Source: Spirochaetia bacterium
Lineage (GTDB): Bacteria; Spirochaetota; Spirochaetia; DSM-2461
Length of the DNA: 64,000 nucleotides
NCBI GenBank assembly: GCA_963666985.2
Contig: CAXXIA010000002.1
Span: 224,001 to 288,000, forward strand
Reading direction: 5' to 3'
Below the pieces are notes generated by a model. It did not search any database and was not told where the DNA came from. It saw only the letters and a program-made list of their open reading frames with translations. The position numbers and the translations under genes were made by a program. Below, piece after piece: positions 31,610 through 43,412 of the stretch (positions within the stretch are counted from its first letter, which is position 1; the number at the start of each line of letters is the position of its first letter).

Positions 31610-32773
31610 ATGGAATCGAAAATAACTCACAAAACACAAAACACTATTTTATCAATTTCATTACTTACGGTTATGGCGGGAGCGGCGGTTGCTCCTGCCC
31701 TGGGCACTATTAAGGAACACTTTTCCGAATCATCGAGTATGATGATTCAGCTGATTATTAGCCTGCCGGCTTTATTTATCATTATTACCAATCTCGCATT
31801 TCCCTTAATTTGCCGACTGTTGAAAACAAAAGCAATCGCTCTTATCGGCTTAGCCTTTTATATCGTTTCGGGAACCTTTGCGTTTTGTGCGAATTCGATT
31901 GAAATTCTGCTGATTTTTCGTGCGGTTCTGGGTATGAGTGTGGGCCTGCTCATGCCTCTCGCGACAGGCCTCCTTGCCTTTTATTATCCTCCGGAAGAAC
32001 AATCCGCGCTTATGGGCAAAGCTGCGGCAATGAATCAACTCGGCGGTGTTGCAGCCACTCTGCTGGCGGGTCTTCTTTCAACAATTTCCTGGCGATTGAG
32101 TTTTCTTGTTTATCTTTTCGGATTTATTTCAATCATACTCGTTATACGCCATTTGCCCAATGAACGATTACCTCATCATGACTCTCGGTTCTCGGTTAAA
32201 TCTTTATTCAAGTTTCACCCATCCGTGATTGGGATGTTCTTGGTAATGATGATTTTCTTTATTTTCCCCGCGAATTATGCCATCGTTTCCAAACGGCAAG
32301 GACAAAATTCCGATACCTGCATAACCTTAATTATGGTGGCTTACGATGTTGTCGCTTTCGGAGCCGGTCTTTTATTCGGAAAAATAATGAAAATAGGCAA
32401 AAGAAGTACGAAATATATTTCGCCTGTTCTTTTCTTTATTTCCTACTGGTTTCTCAGTATGAATTCGGCTCTCGGAACCACAATCGCGGCACTTTTCTTA
32501 GGCGGATTGGCGAATGGAGTCGGTGTTCCCTATATCAATACTATTGCCTCTATAAAAGGCGGGAAGGAAGCAATCACCACGGTTATGCCCTTAGTCTCGG
32601 CCGGCCTCTATTTAGGACAGTTCTTTTCACCAATCGTCGTGAGATTTTTTTCCCGAGGCTGTTTCCCCGGCGATATAAGTGCTCCCTATAAAACAGCGAT
32701 GATATTATCGGTTGTTCTATTCATTCAAGTATTTCTAACACGAAAACATCACGGTTCGCCTTCAATGGGATGA
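31610..32773 (+). CDS. MFS transporter
   Basis: About 12 TMs; VMAGAAVAPAL, FRAVLGMSVG, SWRLSFLVY. Confidence 0.88.
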   Translation: MESKITHKTQNTILSISLLTVMAGAAVAPALGTIKEHFSESSSMMIQLIISLPALFIIITNLAFPLICRLLKTKAIALIGLAFYIVSGTFAFCANSIEILLIFRAVLGMSVGLLMPLATGLLAFYYPPEEQSALMGKAAAMNQLGGVAATLLAGLLSTISWRLSFLVYLFGFISIILVIRHLPNERLPHHDSRFSVKSLFKFHPSVIGMFLVMMIFFIFPANYAIVSKRQGQNSDTCITLIMVAYDVVAFGAGLLFGKIMKIGKRSTKYISPVLFFISYWFLSMNSALGTTIAALFLGGLANGVGVPYINTIASIKGGKEAITTVMPLVSAGLYLGQFFSPIVVRFFSRGCFPGDISAPYKTAMILSVVLFIQVFLTRKHHGSPSMG

Positions 32774-32777
32774 AATA

Positions 32778-35045
32778 TTACCGCTCATCTTTATTCAAAT
32801 CATCAATCAGCCTGTTTAATTTCTCCTTTGTGATTTTATCTCCGTCGGAGAAACTGAACAGAGCTCTTAGCGGCGTATAATGCATCATTGCTTCGGCCAT
32901 TTCGGCCGTGATTGCCTGTTCGGCCGATTCGGAATTCTGCTCATCAAAAAATAAAAGCTTCATATATTCCTCTACCAGTTTACAGCCTCTTTCACTCGAC
33001 ATAATGTCTATAAAGATTGAGTTCATGTCATAGTGGACGGGCAGAGAATCTGTGGAATTCACCCATATTTTTGTCTCAAGAAGAATATCGCGGCTTGAAC
33101 GTCCAATCTGAATAAGGAAATCCCCGCTTTCCACATACCAGTTATTAATCTTCATCTCAAAGTAAGCGAAGGATCTTTTATCAAGAACAAATGTTACGGT
33201 CGTTTTCTCGCCCGGCTTCAATTCGATTTTTTCGAAGCCTTTAAGCTCCCTAATCGGCCTGATTTCCGTCGATTCAATATCTCTTACATAAAGTTGAACA
33301 ACATCTTTACCGGTCATGCGCCCTGTATTTCGTACATCGACCTTTACCGTGACACATTCCGTGTCATCCATTCTATCTTTATCAACGACAAGATTTTCAT
33401 ATTCAAAAGTTGTGTAACTTAATCCGTAACCAAAGGGAAATAGTACATCCATTTTCTTTTTATCATAGTACCGATATCCCACGAAAATTCCCTCGCGGTA
33501 TTCCGTCCGTTCCTTATTCCCACCAAAAAACAGATAGGAAGGATTATCCTCAACCTTAAAAGGAAAACTTTCCGCTAATCTTCCGCAGGGATTGGCTTCT
33601 CCAAATAGAATACGAACAACGGCTTTGCCAACCGCCTGTCCGCCCAAATAGGCCTCCACCACACCCTTTACGGACTGTATCCACGGCATACAGACCGGTG
33701 ACCCGTTGTGAAGAACCACTATTGTATTAGGATTAACGGCCGCTACGGCCTCTATAAGGCGGTCCTGTCCTTCCGGAAGGCTCATATGCTTTCGATCATA
33801 TCCTTCCGATTCATACAAGTCGGGAAGACCCGCAAAAATAACAGCCGCTTGTGTCGTTCTTGCAGTCTCCACCGCCTCATGCATCAAATCAAAATTCATC
33901 TCTTCTTTTTCGATGCTAAAACCTTTCGCATATTGTATATCCGCGTATTCCCCGGATGCCTTAAGGGCGCTGACTATTTCGGTACAATTAATATGCGAGC
34001 TGCCTCCGCCCTGGAAGCGCGGGTTTTCCGCGAACTCACCGATAAAGGCAACCTTTTCTCCCTTTTTAAGCGGAAGAACATTATCATCATTTTTTAGAAG
34101 CACGATACATTCTTCGGCAAGCTGAGCGGAGAGCTGATTATCGGTATCTTTATCCCAGATGGTTTCCGGCTGTGCATTTTCCACATAGCGCGAATTTATT
34201 TCCAAAAGTCTGCGGCAGGCTCTGTTGAGAATCTTTTCATCCAGCACGCCTTTCCGTACCGCCTCAACAATCTCTTGGTCATGAATCCCTCCGGAAGCAG
34301 GCATTTCAAGCTCAAGTCCGGCTTCAAGCCCCTTAACTCTATCGACGATGGCTCCCCAGTCCGTCATCACATATCCGTTAAAGCCCCATTCGTCCCGAAG
34401 AACATCTGTAAGCAGCCATTTGTTTTCAGAGGAGAAGACTCCATTAATCCGATTGTAGGAACACATAACGGTCCATGGTTTCGCTTTCTTAACGGCTATT
34501 TCAAAGGGAGTCAAATAGATTTCCCGCAATGTCCGTTCATCAACATCGGAACTGGAAGACATACGTCTGTGTTCCTGATTATTGGCGGCAAAATGTTTCA
34601 GGCTTACCCCGATGTTTTTTTCCTGCACGGCGTTTGTATAGGCCGCGGCAAGCTCACCGGCAAGATAAGGATCTTCGGAAAGATATTCAAAATTGCGTCC
34701 GCACAGCGGAGATCTTTTAATATTCATGGCAGGCCCCAAAATCACGCCAACGCCTTCGGCTTGGCATTCCAGTGCAAGGGCACTTCCAAGACGGGCCATA
34801 AGATTTCTGTCGAAAGACGCGGCGGCGGCGCATCCGGCAGGAAAACAAACGGCCTTGATACTGTCGTTTACACCTATATGATCCGAACTGTCGTCCTGTT
34901 TTCTGAGTCCATGAGGACCATCGCTGACCATAACGGAAGAAATATTCAATCTTTCAACGGGTTTCGTATGCCAAAAATCAAGGCCGGAACATAATCCCGC
35001 TTTTTCTTCCAGAGTCATCTGTTCAATTAATTTGTCTATATTCAT
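32778..35045 (-). CDS. GH3 beta-glucosidase with Fn3-like domain
   Basis: DGPHGLRK, GRNFEYLSEDP, KHFAANNQE, VMTDWG, ESEGYDR, FPFGYGLSYT. Confidence 0.95.
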   Translation of the reverse strand: MNIDKLIEQMTLEEKAGLCSGLDFWHTKPVERLNISSVMVSDGPHGLRKQDDSSDHIGVNDSIKAVCFPAGCAAAASFDRNLMARLGSALALECQAEGVGVILGPAMNIKRSPLCGRNFEYLSEDPYLAGELAAAYTNAVQEKNIGVSLKHFAANNQEHRRMSSSSDVDERTLREIYLTPFEIAVKKAKPWTVMCSYNRINGVFSSENKWLLTDVLRDEWGFNGYVMTDWGAIVDRVKGLEAGLELEMPASGGIHDQEIVEAVRKGVLDEKILNRACRRLLEINSRYVENAQPETIWDKDTDNQLSAQLAEECIVLLKNDDNVLPLKKGEKVAFIGEFAENPRFQGGGSSHINCTEIVSALKASGEYADIQYAKGFSIEKEEMNFDLMHEAVETARTTQAAVIFAGLPDLYESEGYDRKHMSLPEGQDRLIEAVAAVNPNTIVVLHNGSPVCMPWIQSVKGVVEAYLGGQAVGKAVVRILFGEANPCGRLAESFPFKVEDNPSYLFFGGNKERTEYREGIFVGYRYYDKKKMDVLFPFGYGLSYTTFEYENLVVDKDRMDDTECVTVKVDVRNTGRMTGKDVVQLYVRDIESTEIRPIRELKGFEKIELKPGEKTTVTFVLDKRSFAYFEMKINNWYVESGDFLIQIGRSSRDILLETKIWVNSTDSLPVHYDMNSIFIDIMSSERGCKLVEEYMKLLFFDEQNSESAEQAITAEMAEAMMHYTPLRALFSFSDGDKITKEKLNRLIDDLNKDER

Positions 35046-35072
35046 TGTTTCTCTCCTGAGTTTTTAGAAGTC

Positions 35073-35924
35073 CTAAACAGTACTGAGATCCCAAACCTCA
35101 TGAATTTTGGGGACATCATCGATAAGTCTTTTGGTATACGCCGCCTTCGGATGAAGAATGACATCATCGGCATAGCCGGATTCGACAATTTTTCCCCTCT
35201 CCATAATGAAAACAGAATCCGAAATGTAATAAGCCAAACCGATATCGTGTGTGATGAAGATTACCGTCATGCCGATTTCTTCGCGCAGCTTCAGCAGCAT
35301 ATCCAGAATGGTTGCCCGTGAGCATGCATCGATCATACTTGTCGGCTCGTCGGCGATTAAGATCTTGGGTTTCAGCAAAAATATTCTGGCAATCATCAGC
35401 CTTTGCATTTGTCCTCCGGACAACTCAAAGGGATATTTATTTGTCAGCTCTTCAAATTTTAAATTGACGAAATTGCATGCTTCAATCATAAGCCGTGTTT
35501 TCTCCGCTTTATCGCTGCAATGCATTCCCCTCATGTTGAGACAATCAAGTAATATGGTATCGATCTTATTAAACATATTGAATGAAGAAAAAGGATCCTG
35601 AAAAATGGCCTGTGTACTCTTCCAATATTCTTTTTTCTTTTTTGCTGTCGAAATATCCCTGGGCTTACCATGGAACCGGATTTCACCTTCCGTAGTATTA
35701 ATCAACCCGAGTAAAATCTTCGATAAGGTTGTTTTACCGCTTCCCGATTCACCGACTATGGAAACAAATTCTCCTTCATGAAATTCAAAATCAACATTAT
35801 CGACAGCAACACATTTTTTGTTTCCAACGCCGAATATCTTCGTAATCCCCTTTCCTGACAAACACAAATCTTTCCCGTCAAATGAACTACGATTATTTGC
35901 ATATTGTTTCTCGGTTTTATCCAT
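35073..35924 (-). CDS. Opp/Dpp-family ABC ATP-binding protein (OppF-like)
   Basis: [34 protein letters not shown]. Confidence 0.9.
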   Translation of the reverse strand: MDKTEKQYANNRSSFDGKDLCLSGKGITKIFGVGNKKCVAVDNVDFEFHEGEFVSIVGESGSGKTTLSKILLGLINTTEGEIRFHGKPRDISTAKKKKEYWKSTQAIFQDPFSSFNMFNKIDTILLDCLNMRGMHCSDKAEKTRLMIEACNFVNLKFEELTNKYPFELSGGQMQRLMIARIFLLKPKILIADEPTSMIDACSRATILDMLLKLREEIGMTVIFITHDIGLAYYISDSVFIMERGKIVESGYADDVILHPKAAYTKRLIDDVPKIHEVWDLSTV

Positions 35925-36924
35925 GAAAGTACAACTCCCTTAATTCGGTTTCCGAAAATCTGCAGCGATATTCCCTCTTCGAGTTTAAGATTTGAATTTT
36001 GGGATCCGATATCCGGCATTCTTCAGAAGCAAATTGACAGCGATCAGCAAAACGGCAGCCTGAAGGCGGATTCTTAAGATTGGGCGGAGTGCCCGGAATC
36101 GCCGTCAGTTTATTGCTTCGAATGCCCGATTCGGGAACAATGATGGAATTCATAAGACCTTTGGAATAAGGGTGAATCGGATCAAAAACCATTTCTTTCG
36201 CCGTTCCGTTTTCAACAATACGGCCGGCATACATCACCATAATTCTGTCTGTTACATTGTATAAAAGGGGTAATTCATGAGTTATAAAAATCATTGATTT
36301 GATGAATCCTTTTTCCATTAGATTCCGAAGCATTTTTATAACCATCTTCTGACTTGTTACATCCAAAGCGCTTGACGGCTCATCCGCGATTAAAACCTTT
36401 GGAGAAAGAATTGTTGATATTGCAATAACGGTTCGCTGCTTCATTCCTCCCGAAAGTTCCACCGAATGTTTATTTAAAACATCCGGGGATAATCCGAGAG
36501 TTTCAAATCGCTCTTCGGCAAGCCCACAGATCTCCTTTTTGCTCATGGAAGGATCGTGTGCATGAATAACGTCCTCAATAAAATGGAGAACTTTCTGAGT
36601 CGGATTAAGGGCGTTCATTGCGGACTGCGGAATATAAGCGATCTCCGTACCGAGTATCGATTTCCTTATTTCATCGGGGTTTATTCCCGAAAGATTTTTT
36701 CCGTCAACGATAATCTCTCCTTTCACATAATGAAGCGGCGCAAAATAATATCCCATCAGGCTGAGCGCCAGTGTTGATTTACCGCACCCGGATTCACCGG
36801 CAATCCCCAAAGATTCTCCTTCATCCAGGGTTAAAGACACATTATCCACCGCGTAAACATTTTCCTTAAAACGGGTTACATACTTGGTACTCAGTCCCTT
36901 TACTTCAAGCATTGGCCTTCCCAT
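35917..36924 (-). CDS. Opp/Dpp-family ABC ATP-binding protein (OppD-like)
   Basis: [31 protein letters not shown]. Confidence 0.9.
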   Translation of the reverse strand: MGRPMLEVKGLSTKYVTRFKENVYAVDNVSLTLDEGESLGIAGESGCGKSTLALSLMGYYFAPLHYVKGEIIVDGKNLSGINPDEIRKSILGTEIAYIPQSAMNALNPTQKVLHFIEDVIHAHDPSMSKKEICGLAEERFETLGLSPDVLNKHSVELSGGMKQRTVIAISTILSPKVLIADEPSSALDVTSQKMVIKMLRNLMEKGFIKSMIFITHELPLLYNVTDRIMVMYAGRIVENGTAKEMVFDPIHPYSKGLMNSIIVPESGIRSNKLTAIPGTPPNLKNPPSGCRFADRCQFASEECRISDPKIQILNSKREYRCRFSETELRELYFHG

Positions 36925-36934
36925 AGTACGCTCC

Positions 36935-38185
36935 CTAATCCCGCAATGTCGGATTGAAGATCTGATCGAGTCCGGTATTCATCAAATTGAGTGAAAAAGA
37001 AATCAACGCGATCGTTATAAGAACAGGAAAATAAGCCCACCATGAACCGTTCAAGTGTGCCGCGTACAGCATTGACCAGTTCATCATAAGACCAAGCGTT
37101 GGAACCTCGGTTGTTTTCGGACCGAGTCCAAGCATGGAGAGCTGGGCCTCGGCAAGAATGGCCGTACTTATCTGTAAGATAAAGGCCATTACGACATACG
37201 AAGCTATATAGGGTAAAATATCCGTTGCAATAATACGCAGCAGCGAGTGACCCGAAAGTTTTGAAAGATTAACATGATCTCTCTTGCGCAGAGAAATAAC
37301 TTGAGCCCGCACGGCACGCGCCGTCCACACCCAGCTGGTTAAGCCAATAACCAACGCAACCGTCGCGGCTCCCCGCTGTTCCTGTCCGATACTGTATGAA
37401 ATCAATAACAGCAGGATGAAGGCCGGTATAACCGTGAAAATATTCGTGATGAACATAATAATGTCATCAACAAGTCCGCCGATGTAACCGGCTAAAAGGC
37501 CGAAGGTAAGGCCGATAAAGGTTGCAACGGCTCCGGCTATTAATCCAATTCGCAGCGAGGTTCCGCAGGCCGAGATCAGTTCTTTTAGAACATCCCGTCC
37601 GAAATTATCCGTTCCCAAAGGGAGATGTTTTACATTTGCGACATCTTTAACATTAACATAATCGGTATTTTCTATGGTTCTGATCGTCTCGGTTTCACCC
37701 AGTTCGCCATGAGTATGAGAAACAATAAGTTCATCGGTTCTTTTTGCGCTGGCAAGAGACTTATCCAGCCGCATGTAATAATTTCGTTTTGCTTTAGTCA
37801 TGCCTTCAATAAGAATTGTGGAATCATAATTTTCCCACCATAAAGAAAGAAGTGTTTTCGTATCTGATAAATCCAAATCCGATTCGGGAATACCGAAATC
37901 CAAAAGCCAATTCATCATCGCAATACGATCTTCATCATTGAGTTTTTTGCTTATTCGGTTGCTTTCCGCATCAGGAAGTTTGAATATTGTAGAAGGCGAA
38001 TCAATACTGTCGTATAAAGAAACATATGTACCGGGTTTTTGAAATGAGCCGAGCCCAATCATCTCCAAAGGATCTCCGGGATTTATAAGCGGATAAATAA
38101 TCATGCATAAAAGAATTATGGCCATTATTCCAAAGCCGATAACAAATTTGGACGAATGGAATATTTGTCTTAAAGTGTTGCTCAT
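36935..38185 (-). CDS. Opp/Dpp-family permease (OppC-like) with a large extracytoplasmic insert
   Basis: [32 protein letters not shown]. Confidence 0.88.
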   Translation of the reverse strand: MSNTLRQIFHSSKFVIGFGIMAIILLCMIIYPLINPGDPLEMIGLGSFQKPGTYVSLYDSIDSPSTIFKLPDAESNRISKKLNDEDRIAMMNWLLDFGIPESDLDLSDTKTLLSLWWENYDSTILIEGMTKAKRNYYMRLDKSLASAKRTDELIVSHTHGELGETETIRTIENTDYVNVKDVANVKHLPLGTDNFGRDVLKELISACGTSLRIGLIAGAVATFIGLTFGLLAGYIGGLVDDIIMFITNIFTVIPAFILLLLISYSIGQEQRGAATVALVIGLTSWVWTARAVRAQVISLRKRDHVNLSKLSGHSLLRIIATDILPYIASYVVMAFILQISTAILAEAQLSMLGLGPKTTEVPTLGLMMNWSMLYAAHLNGSWWAYFPVLITIALISFSLNLMNTGLDQIFNPTLRD

Positions 38186-38196
38186 ATACTTTTTCC

Positions 38197-39201
38197 TTAA
38201 TCAAATTGCGCGGCTTTTATTCGCGGGTCGATGAATGCGTAAACGATATCGATGCCGAAGGATAAAAGTAATACCATAATCGTAATAATTAATGTTGTAG
38301 CCGAAAGGAGGGGATAATCGGACATTGTCACCGCCTGATAAATGACGGAGCCGAGCCCCGGATAACTGAACACAATTTCAGCTACAAGTGCGCCGCCGAC
38401 CATTGTTCCAATGGAAAGCGCCAACCCCGTAATTTGAGGAAGCATGGCGTTCTTAAAGACATACCGCACAATCTTTCGATCACAAATCCCCATAAAGCGG
38501 CTGTATTTTACATAGTCCGCGTTCAATTCATAAATTGACATGGAACGCATTCCAACGGCCTGTCCGCCAATTGAAATCAGCACAATGGACCAGAACGGCA
38601 GAGTATAATGACTGATGACCGACTTGATAAAAACCCAGGAAAAATCCGGAATAAGATCGAATCCATACCCGCCGGAAGTTGGAGCAATTTTCAACCGTAT
38701 CGCAAAAATCACCAGAAGAATTACGGCCATACCAAATGCCGGAATGCTGCTTATAAACAAGGATACCGGCATGAGCACTTTATCAAAGCCCTTTCTTATA
38801 TATGCCGCCAGTACGCCAAGGAGGTTTCCGATCAGCCATCCTACGATAATCGCGGGAAATTGCAGACAAATCGTCCACCAAATAGCGTCGTGAACAATAT
38901 CGGATACAGGACGCGGAAATTGACTGAAAGAAAGACCGAAATCTCCCTTAAGCGCATTTCTGCAATATGTAACGAACTGAGCGGACATCGGCTTATTTGT
39001 TCCGAATTTCTCCGCATAATCTTCATATATTTGTTTGACGGCGCTTGTCTCTGAAATCCCCTGTGCTGTTTTTGCCGTGATTACCGCAACAGGATCACCT
39101 GGGAGCAGCCTGGGCAGTATAAAGTTTAGCAATACAGCTGCAATGAACGTTATAAAAAGCCATATTATTTTTTTGCTGAAATATTTCCGATAGCCCTTCA
39201 A
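38197..39201 (-). CDS. Opp/Dpp-family permease (OppB-like)
   Basis: [30 protein letters not shown]. Confidence 0.9.
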   Translation of the reverse strand: MKGYRKYFSKKIIWLFITFIAAVLLNFILPRLLPGDPVAVITAKTAQGISETSAVKQIYEDYAEKFGTNKPMSAQFVTYCRNALKGDFGLSFSQFPRPVSDIVHDAIWWTICLQFPAIIVGWLIGNLLGVLAAYIRKGFDKVLMPVSLFISSIPAFGMAVILLVIFAIRLKIAPTSGGYGFDLIPDFSWVFIKSVISHYTLPFWSIVLISIGGQAVGMRSMSIYELNADYVKYSRFMGICDRKIVRYVFKNAMLPQITGLALSIGTMVGGALVAEIVFSYPGLGSVIYQAVTMSDYPLLSATTLIITIMVLLLSFGIDIVYAFIDPRIKAAQFD

Positions 39202-39306
39202 GCCAACCTCCAGTCTCTATACGGTTACACCCTTTTGCTCATATCCGTCTCACCGGTGTCACAGACACCGCCGATACAAATAAATAGGGATTAAGTTAAA
39301 AATTGG

Positions 39307-39345
39307 GAGACAGACTCTTTCGGTCGTAATGAAGGAGTCTGTCTC
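39307..39345. terminator. Stem-loop between the binding-protein and permease genes
   Basis: GAGACAGACTCtTTC...GAAgGAGTCTGTCTC. Confidence 0.6.
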
Positions 39346-39352
39346 TTTTTGG

Positions 39353-41182
39353 CTATTTCACGTGTTTAAGATCGAAAAGTGCGGCGATACTATAACCGTC
39401 GGTACAATCCATCGGAGGAATATTTCTTCCATCCTCCGCAGACGGGAAGTTCGTCCATACAGACTCATTAACCGCATGAAATTTGTCGGGCCGATACATC
39501 AGGGAGAAACTCGGAACCTCGGTCAGATAGATCTCAACAGCTTCCGTATAATATTGAACCAATTTGTTCTGGTTGCTCTCAAGCGGAATTAATTTGATCA
39601 GTTCATCTATACGCTGATTGGAATAATGGCCCCAGTTTCCGGACCAGTTTCCTTCAACGCCGTTAAATTCCGAACTCATAAGCATTCGGACTCGGCCCCA
39701 CGGCTGCGCGGGGGTGGCGGAATCCGTCCACATCATGAAAATGTCATAATCCGTCTGCATTGCCGCAGTCACAACGGTCTGATATACGGACCATTCGGGA
39801 AATTCGGTCACAATCTCAATTCCAATCTTTGCACCGGCTGCGGCGACGATTTCCATTGCGGCCTGCCAGTCCGACCATCCGTTGGGGCAGCAGGAATTAT
39901 AAGACAATTTTTTCCCTTTATATTCTCTCCAGCCGTCTCCGTTTGTATCAACGATTCCGGCCTTATCAAGAAGAGCTTTGGCGCCTTCGATATCATTCCC
40001 GGCCCACTGCAGTTTCTTTGAAGAAATATAATTATGATCATACATGGCCTGCTCGCCGGCGGTTGGATTCATAAGAGATCTCGGCACCTGCTGGAAAGTT
40101 GGGGACTGCCCGGTCATGGCGTTCTTGTTAACGGCATCATAATCAACGGCCATTGCGATGGCCTTGCGCACGGCAGGCTGATCAAGGCCATAACTGTCCA
40201 TGTTATACCAGGCGGTAGGCATGTTAACGCAGACACCGTAGGGAGGTTCGTCAAGATATGTGGAAATAGGAAGGCCGTCCTTTTCCCAGAGATCCTGAAT
40301 ATTGGCAATAAATTGCTGACAGACATCAACTTCACCCGCGGCAAAAGCAACCTGACCTGCCGCGTTATCGGCAAAAATCGTGTGAACAAGATATTTGGGA
40401 TCGGGCAATTTGCCCCACATGGATTTATCCTTACCCCAATAATTATCATCACGGACAAGGACAACTTTCTGATCATCGGCAAAATACTTTGTATAGGGGC
40501 CGCTCCATACGACATCTTCACCGGGATCTTGTTTGATGTTATCGGCACTGCAACGGGCTTCCAGTTTTTGAAGCCAAGCTTTCTGCAACACATAAGTCTG
40601 AACGAGGTAGCATGAAATCTGCAGCGGATTAACAGGCTTGCCGCTGTCCGTTAGTTTTGAATAAATGGTAACGGTGGAATCATCCACGGCCTCAATCTTT
40701 GAAATGTAAGGGGCGAATCCAGTGCCCTGAGCGTTTTTACATTTTACCGAAGCCGCCCATGTGTAAACTACATCATGAGCGGTAATTTTCGTACCGTCAC
40801 TCCATTTGGCGGCCGGCTTTATTTTAACGGTAACCGAACTTTTATCGCCTGCCCAAACCGGGTTTCCATCGGCGAGCAGCGGTTTCATACTGCCGTCAAG
40901 CATGTTGTACATGTACAAAGTTTCAAACATGGGGGTGCGGCTTCCGCCGGCCGCTTGCGTAATAGCCATGGCATTATTCATGTCGTCTGAAAGCGGATTC
41001 CATCCGTTAACAGATCCCCATTGCTGCCCTGCGAAATACAGACTTTCCGCACGCGGCAAACTACCTGAAGCCGCAGTCACCGTGCCTGCGCCGGAATCCT
41101 TTCCTCCGTTGGCAAAAGCAACGGAACCGAGAACAACCGCAAACACTAAAGCAAGCGCAAAAACTCTCAAGATTTTTTTCAT
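39353..41182 (-). CDS. Family 5 ABC substrate-binding protein, probably oligosaccharide-binding
   Basis: Signal peptide, [24 protein letters not shown]. Co-operonic with the GH3. Confidence 0.85.
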   Translation of the reverse strand: MKKILRVFALALVFAVVLGSVAFANGGKDSGAGTVTAASGSLPRAESLYFAGQQWGSVNGWNPLSDDMNNAMAITQAAGGSRTPMFETLYMYNMLDGSMKPLLADGNPVWAGDKSSVTVKIKPAAKWSDGTKITAHDVVYTWAASVKCKNAQGTGFAPYISKIEAVDDSTVTIYSKLTDSGKPVNPLQISCYLVQTYVLQKAWLQKLEARCSADNIKQDPGEDVVWSGPYTKYFADDQKVVLVRDDNYWGKDKSMWGKLPDPKYLVHTIFADNAAGQVAFAAGEVDVCQQFIANIQDLWEKDGLPISTYLDEPPYGVCVNMPTAWYNMDSYGLDQPAVRKAIAMAVDYDAVNKNAMTGQSPTFQQVPRSLMNPTAGEQAMYDHNYISSKKLQWAGNDIEGAKALLDKAGIVDTNGDGWREYKGKKLSYNSCCPNGWSDWQAAMEIVAAAGAKIGIEIVTEFPEWSVYQTVVTAAMQTDYDIFMMWTDSATPAQPWGRVRMLMSSEFNGVEGNWSGNWGHYSNQRIDELIKLIPLESNQNKLVQYYTEAVEIYLTEVPSFSLMYRPDKFHAVNESVWTNFPSAEDGRNIPPMDCTDGYSIAALFDLKHVK

Positions 41183-41296
41183 AATGTGCCTCCTAATTAT
41201 TTTGTGATATCCGAAAAGAGAATCCGTCGGCCGTTACAGAATCCTTTTCGTCTACCAAATAGCACCCATTTCTTTTGCGGTAATTACGGCATAAGC

Positions 41297-42310
41297 CTAT
41301 AACCGCTTTACGGTACCTCCCTCCCAGAGATTACCGGGAATAACAATATGTTCGGGGATATAAGTACTTGGCGATTCAATTGCCGAAACGAGTAATTGAG
41401 CCGCTTTAATACCGATTAATTCAGAATCTTGTCGAAGCGTTGTCAGATTCGGGCGGAGTCCCTTACTCAAACTGATTCCATCAAAACCGGTAACACTGAT
41501 ATCTTCGGGAATTGATAAGCCCAAATCTTCCAGTTCATTCATTCCGCCGATATACGAATAATCATCGGGGTACATTATGCATGTGGGCCGATCCGGCAGT
41601 TCATAGAGCCGGCGCGTAGCCTCAGCACTGATTTCAGGAGAATGATACTGGCCTTTTATAATGTAGTTATCAGGAATATTCAGCCCGAGATGAGTGCAAG
41701 TTTTATGAAAACTGGCCAGCCGTATTCTCGTGACCGCCGTATCTTCACCGGAAATAAATGCTATTTTACGATGCCCTCTGTTATAAACAAAACGGACAAG
41801 CTTGCTCATGTTATTTGCATTGTCTGAAATAACAGCTCCGCATCCTTCAAACACATAATCAATGGTTACCAGGGGGATTTTACTTGAGACAAGCTCAAGT
41901 ACAGAAGGATCGCTGCAATCTTTGGAAAGGATAAAAATGCCGTCGCAATTTCTGTAGATACTATGTTCCAAATAGCTCATAACGGTCTTGCCGATATTGC
42001 GGCTTATAAAGGTCAAATCATATCCGGCCTTTTCAACTTTCAGCTGAAAGCTCTCAAGGATTTGAGCAAAATACTCATGAGTTAATCCGATAGCTTTGTT
42101 TAAGGAAAAAAGAATCCCGATATTTCGTGAATGGTTGGTTTTTAAGGATCTGGCCGCCGCATTGGGAAAATACCCCATATTCTTCGCTGTTTGACGGATG
42201 GATTTGGCGGTGTCCGCACCGATATCCGATGCGTAATTAAGGGCCTTGCTTACAGTCGCCGTTGAGACATTGCATGCTTCCGCTATTTGTTTAAGCGTTA
42301 CAGCAAGCAT
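41297..42310 (-). CDS. LacI-family transcriptional regulator
   Basis: TLKQIAEACNVSTATVSKALN, YFPNAAARSL, IPEDISVTGFD. Confidence 0.95.
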   Translation of the reverse strand: MLAVTLKQIAEACNVSTATVSKALNYASDIGADTAKSIRQTAKNMGYFPNAAARSLKTNHSRNIGILFSLNKAIGLTHEYFAQILESFQLKVEKAGYDLTFISRNIGKTVMSYLEHSIYRNCDGIFILSKDCSDPSVLELVSSKIPLVTIDYVFEGCGAVISDNANNMSKLVRFVYNRGHRKIAFISGEDTAVTRIRLASFHKTCTHLGLNIPDNYIIKGQYHSPEISAEATRRLYELPDRPTCIMYPDDYSYIGGMNELEDLGLSIPEDISVTGFDGISLSKGLRPNLTTLRQDSELIGIKAAQLLVSAIESPSTYIPEHIVIPGNLWEGGTVKRL

Positions 42311-42597
42311 TGTTTCGTCTTAAAATCATTGGATTTCTCTCATTTTTTACTAAAAACACGCTACTTAATCGTTTTCGTAAATGCATTATCAATCCCTAAG
42401 TAATGAATTGTCAATTATTATTTTGATTTCCCTGCTATCGGTCTAAGTAAACGGAGCTTGATTTAACGTAATGAAGGTCCGGAATATGAAGCGAATCAAA
42501 TTGACCTCACGATTATCCGATGTTCTTGCAGGGTGTTTCAGCCGCTTACGATGGAATCGGCCTTGGAACAGTAACAGCAAAGAGATTAATCATTCAG

Positions 42598-42759
42598 CAG
42601 GCTGTTGAAAAAGTAAGATTTGATTCGAAGATTGCGAGCGAGAGTCGCAGCTCGCTGCCGAATCAAGCACAGAAAGCGCAAAGTACTGGCTGTACGTGAG
42701 CATTTCGAGCATTGATTCAACGCCGCATACGGAGCATAAGATCCTTTTTCAACAGCCTG
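42598..42759. mobile_element. MITE-like element, copy 1 (16-bp TIRs)
   Basis: CAGGCTGTTGAAAAAG...CTTTTTCAACAGCCTG, no ORF; homologous copy at 55294-55433. Confidence 0.75.
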
Positions 42760-42846
42760 TTAGACCTGGAAACCCGGCATACCGGGTACTCTCCATGTTC
42801 CTCGGCGACACCTGCGGTACATTGCTGCGCAGGGGCTTTAAAAAAA

Positions 42847-42957
42847 CCTGGCGACGACCTACTCTCCCACAACAAGTGCAGTATCATCGGCGCTGGCGGG
42901 CTTAACGACCGTGTTCGGGATGGGAACGGGTGTGGCCCCGCCGCCATAGTCACCAGG
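42847..42957 (-). rRNA. rrf: 5S rRNA (distal copy)
   Basis: Reverse complement of CCTGGCGACGACCTACTCTC...GTTCGGGATGGGAACGGG...CACCAGG; one substitution versus the other copy. Confidence 0.92.
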
Positions 42958-43412
42958 TTAGATTACCTAGAGGGATATTGGGCGCTGCTTATCAAGCAGC
43001 TATGTTCGTCAGGCCGACTTTTCATCAGCCCCGGATGCAATCCGATCTTTATTCTCAAGATCGATTTGTACCTCTCGGAAGGGTGACTGCCTTCGGCAGT
43101 ATCCTTCCCTCGCCTCGGTCATAGCCCCATTATTTTAAAAAATCCAAGGGATAACCAAGTGAATCCTCGCAACGTTCCTCGGACTCCGTCCTGCGGTACG
43201 CTGCTGCCCCGGGATAATTCGTTTTTACTATTCGGTTATTTCACGAGTCGTTGCCGCTAACGCTTTCACAGACATCGCAAATAACCGGCAAAATACGAAT
43301 TATCCCTCTCATAAAGGGTAACTGCCTTCGACAGTATCCTTCCCTCGCCTCGGTCATGTCCGAGCAAGCTCGGCCGCGACTCTCGGCTTCGTGAAGGGTT
43401 AAAGAATAATAT

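Noticed and set aside
43071..43357. Spacer repeats as a CRISPR array
   Set aside because: Only two units about 234 bp apart, inside an rRNA spacer, with no cas genes.
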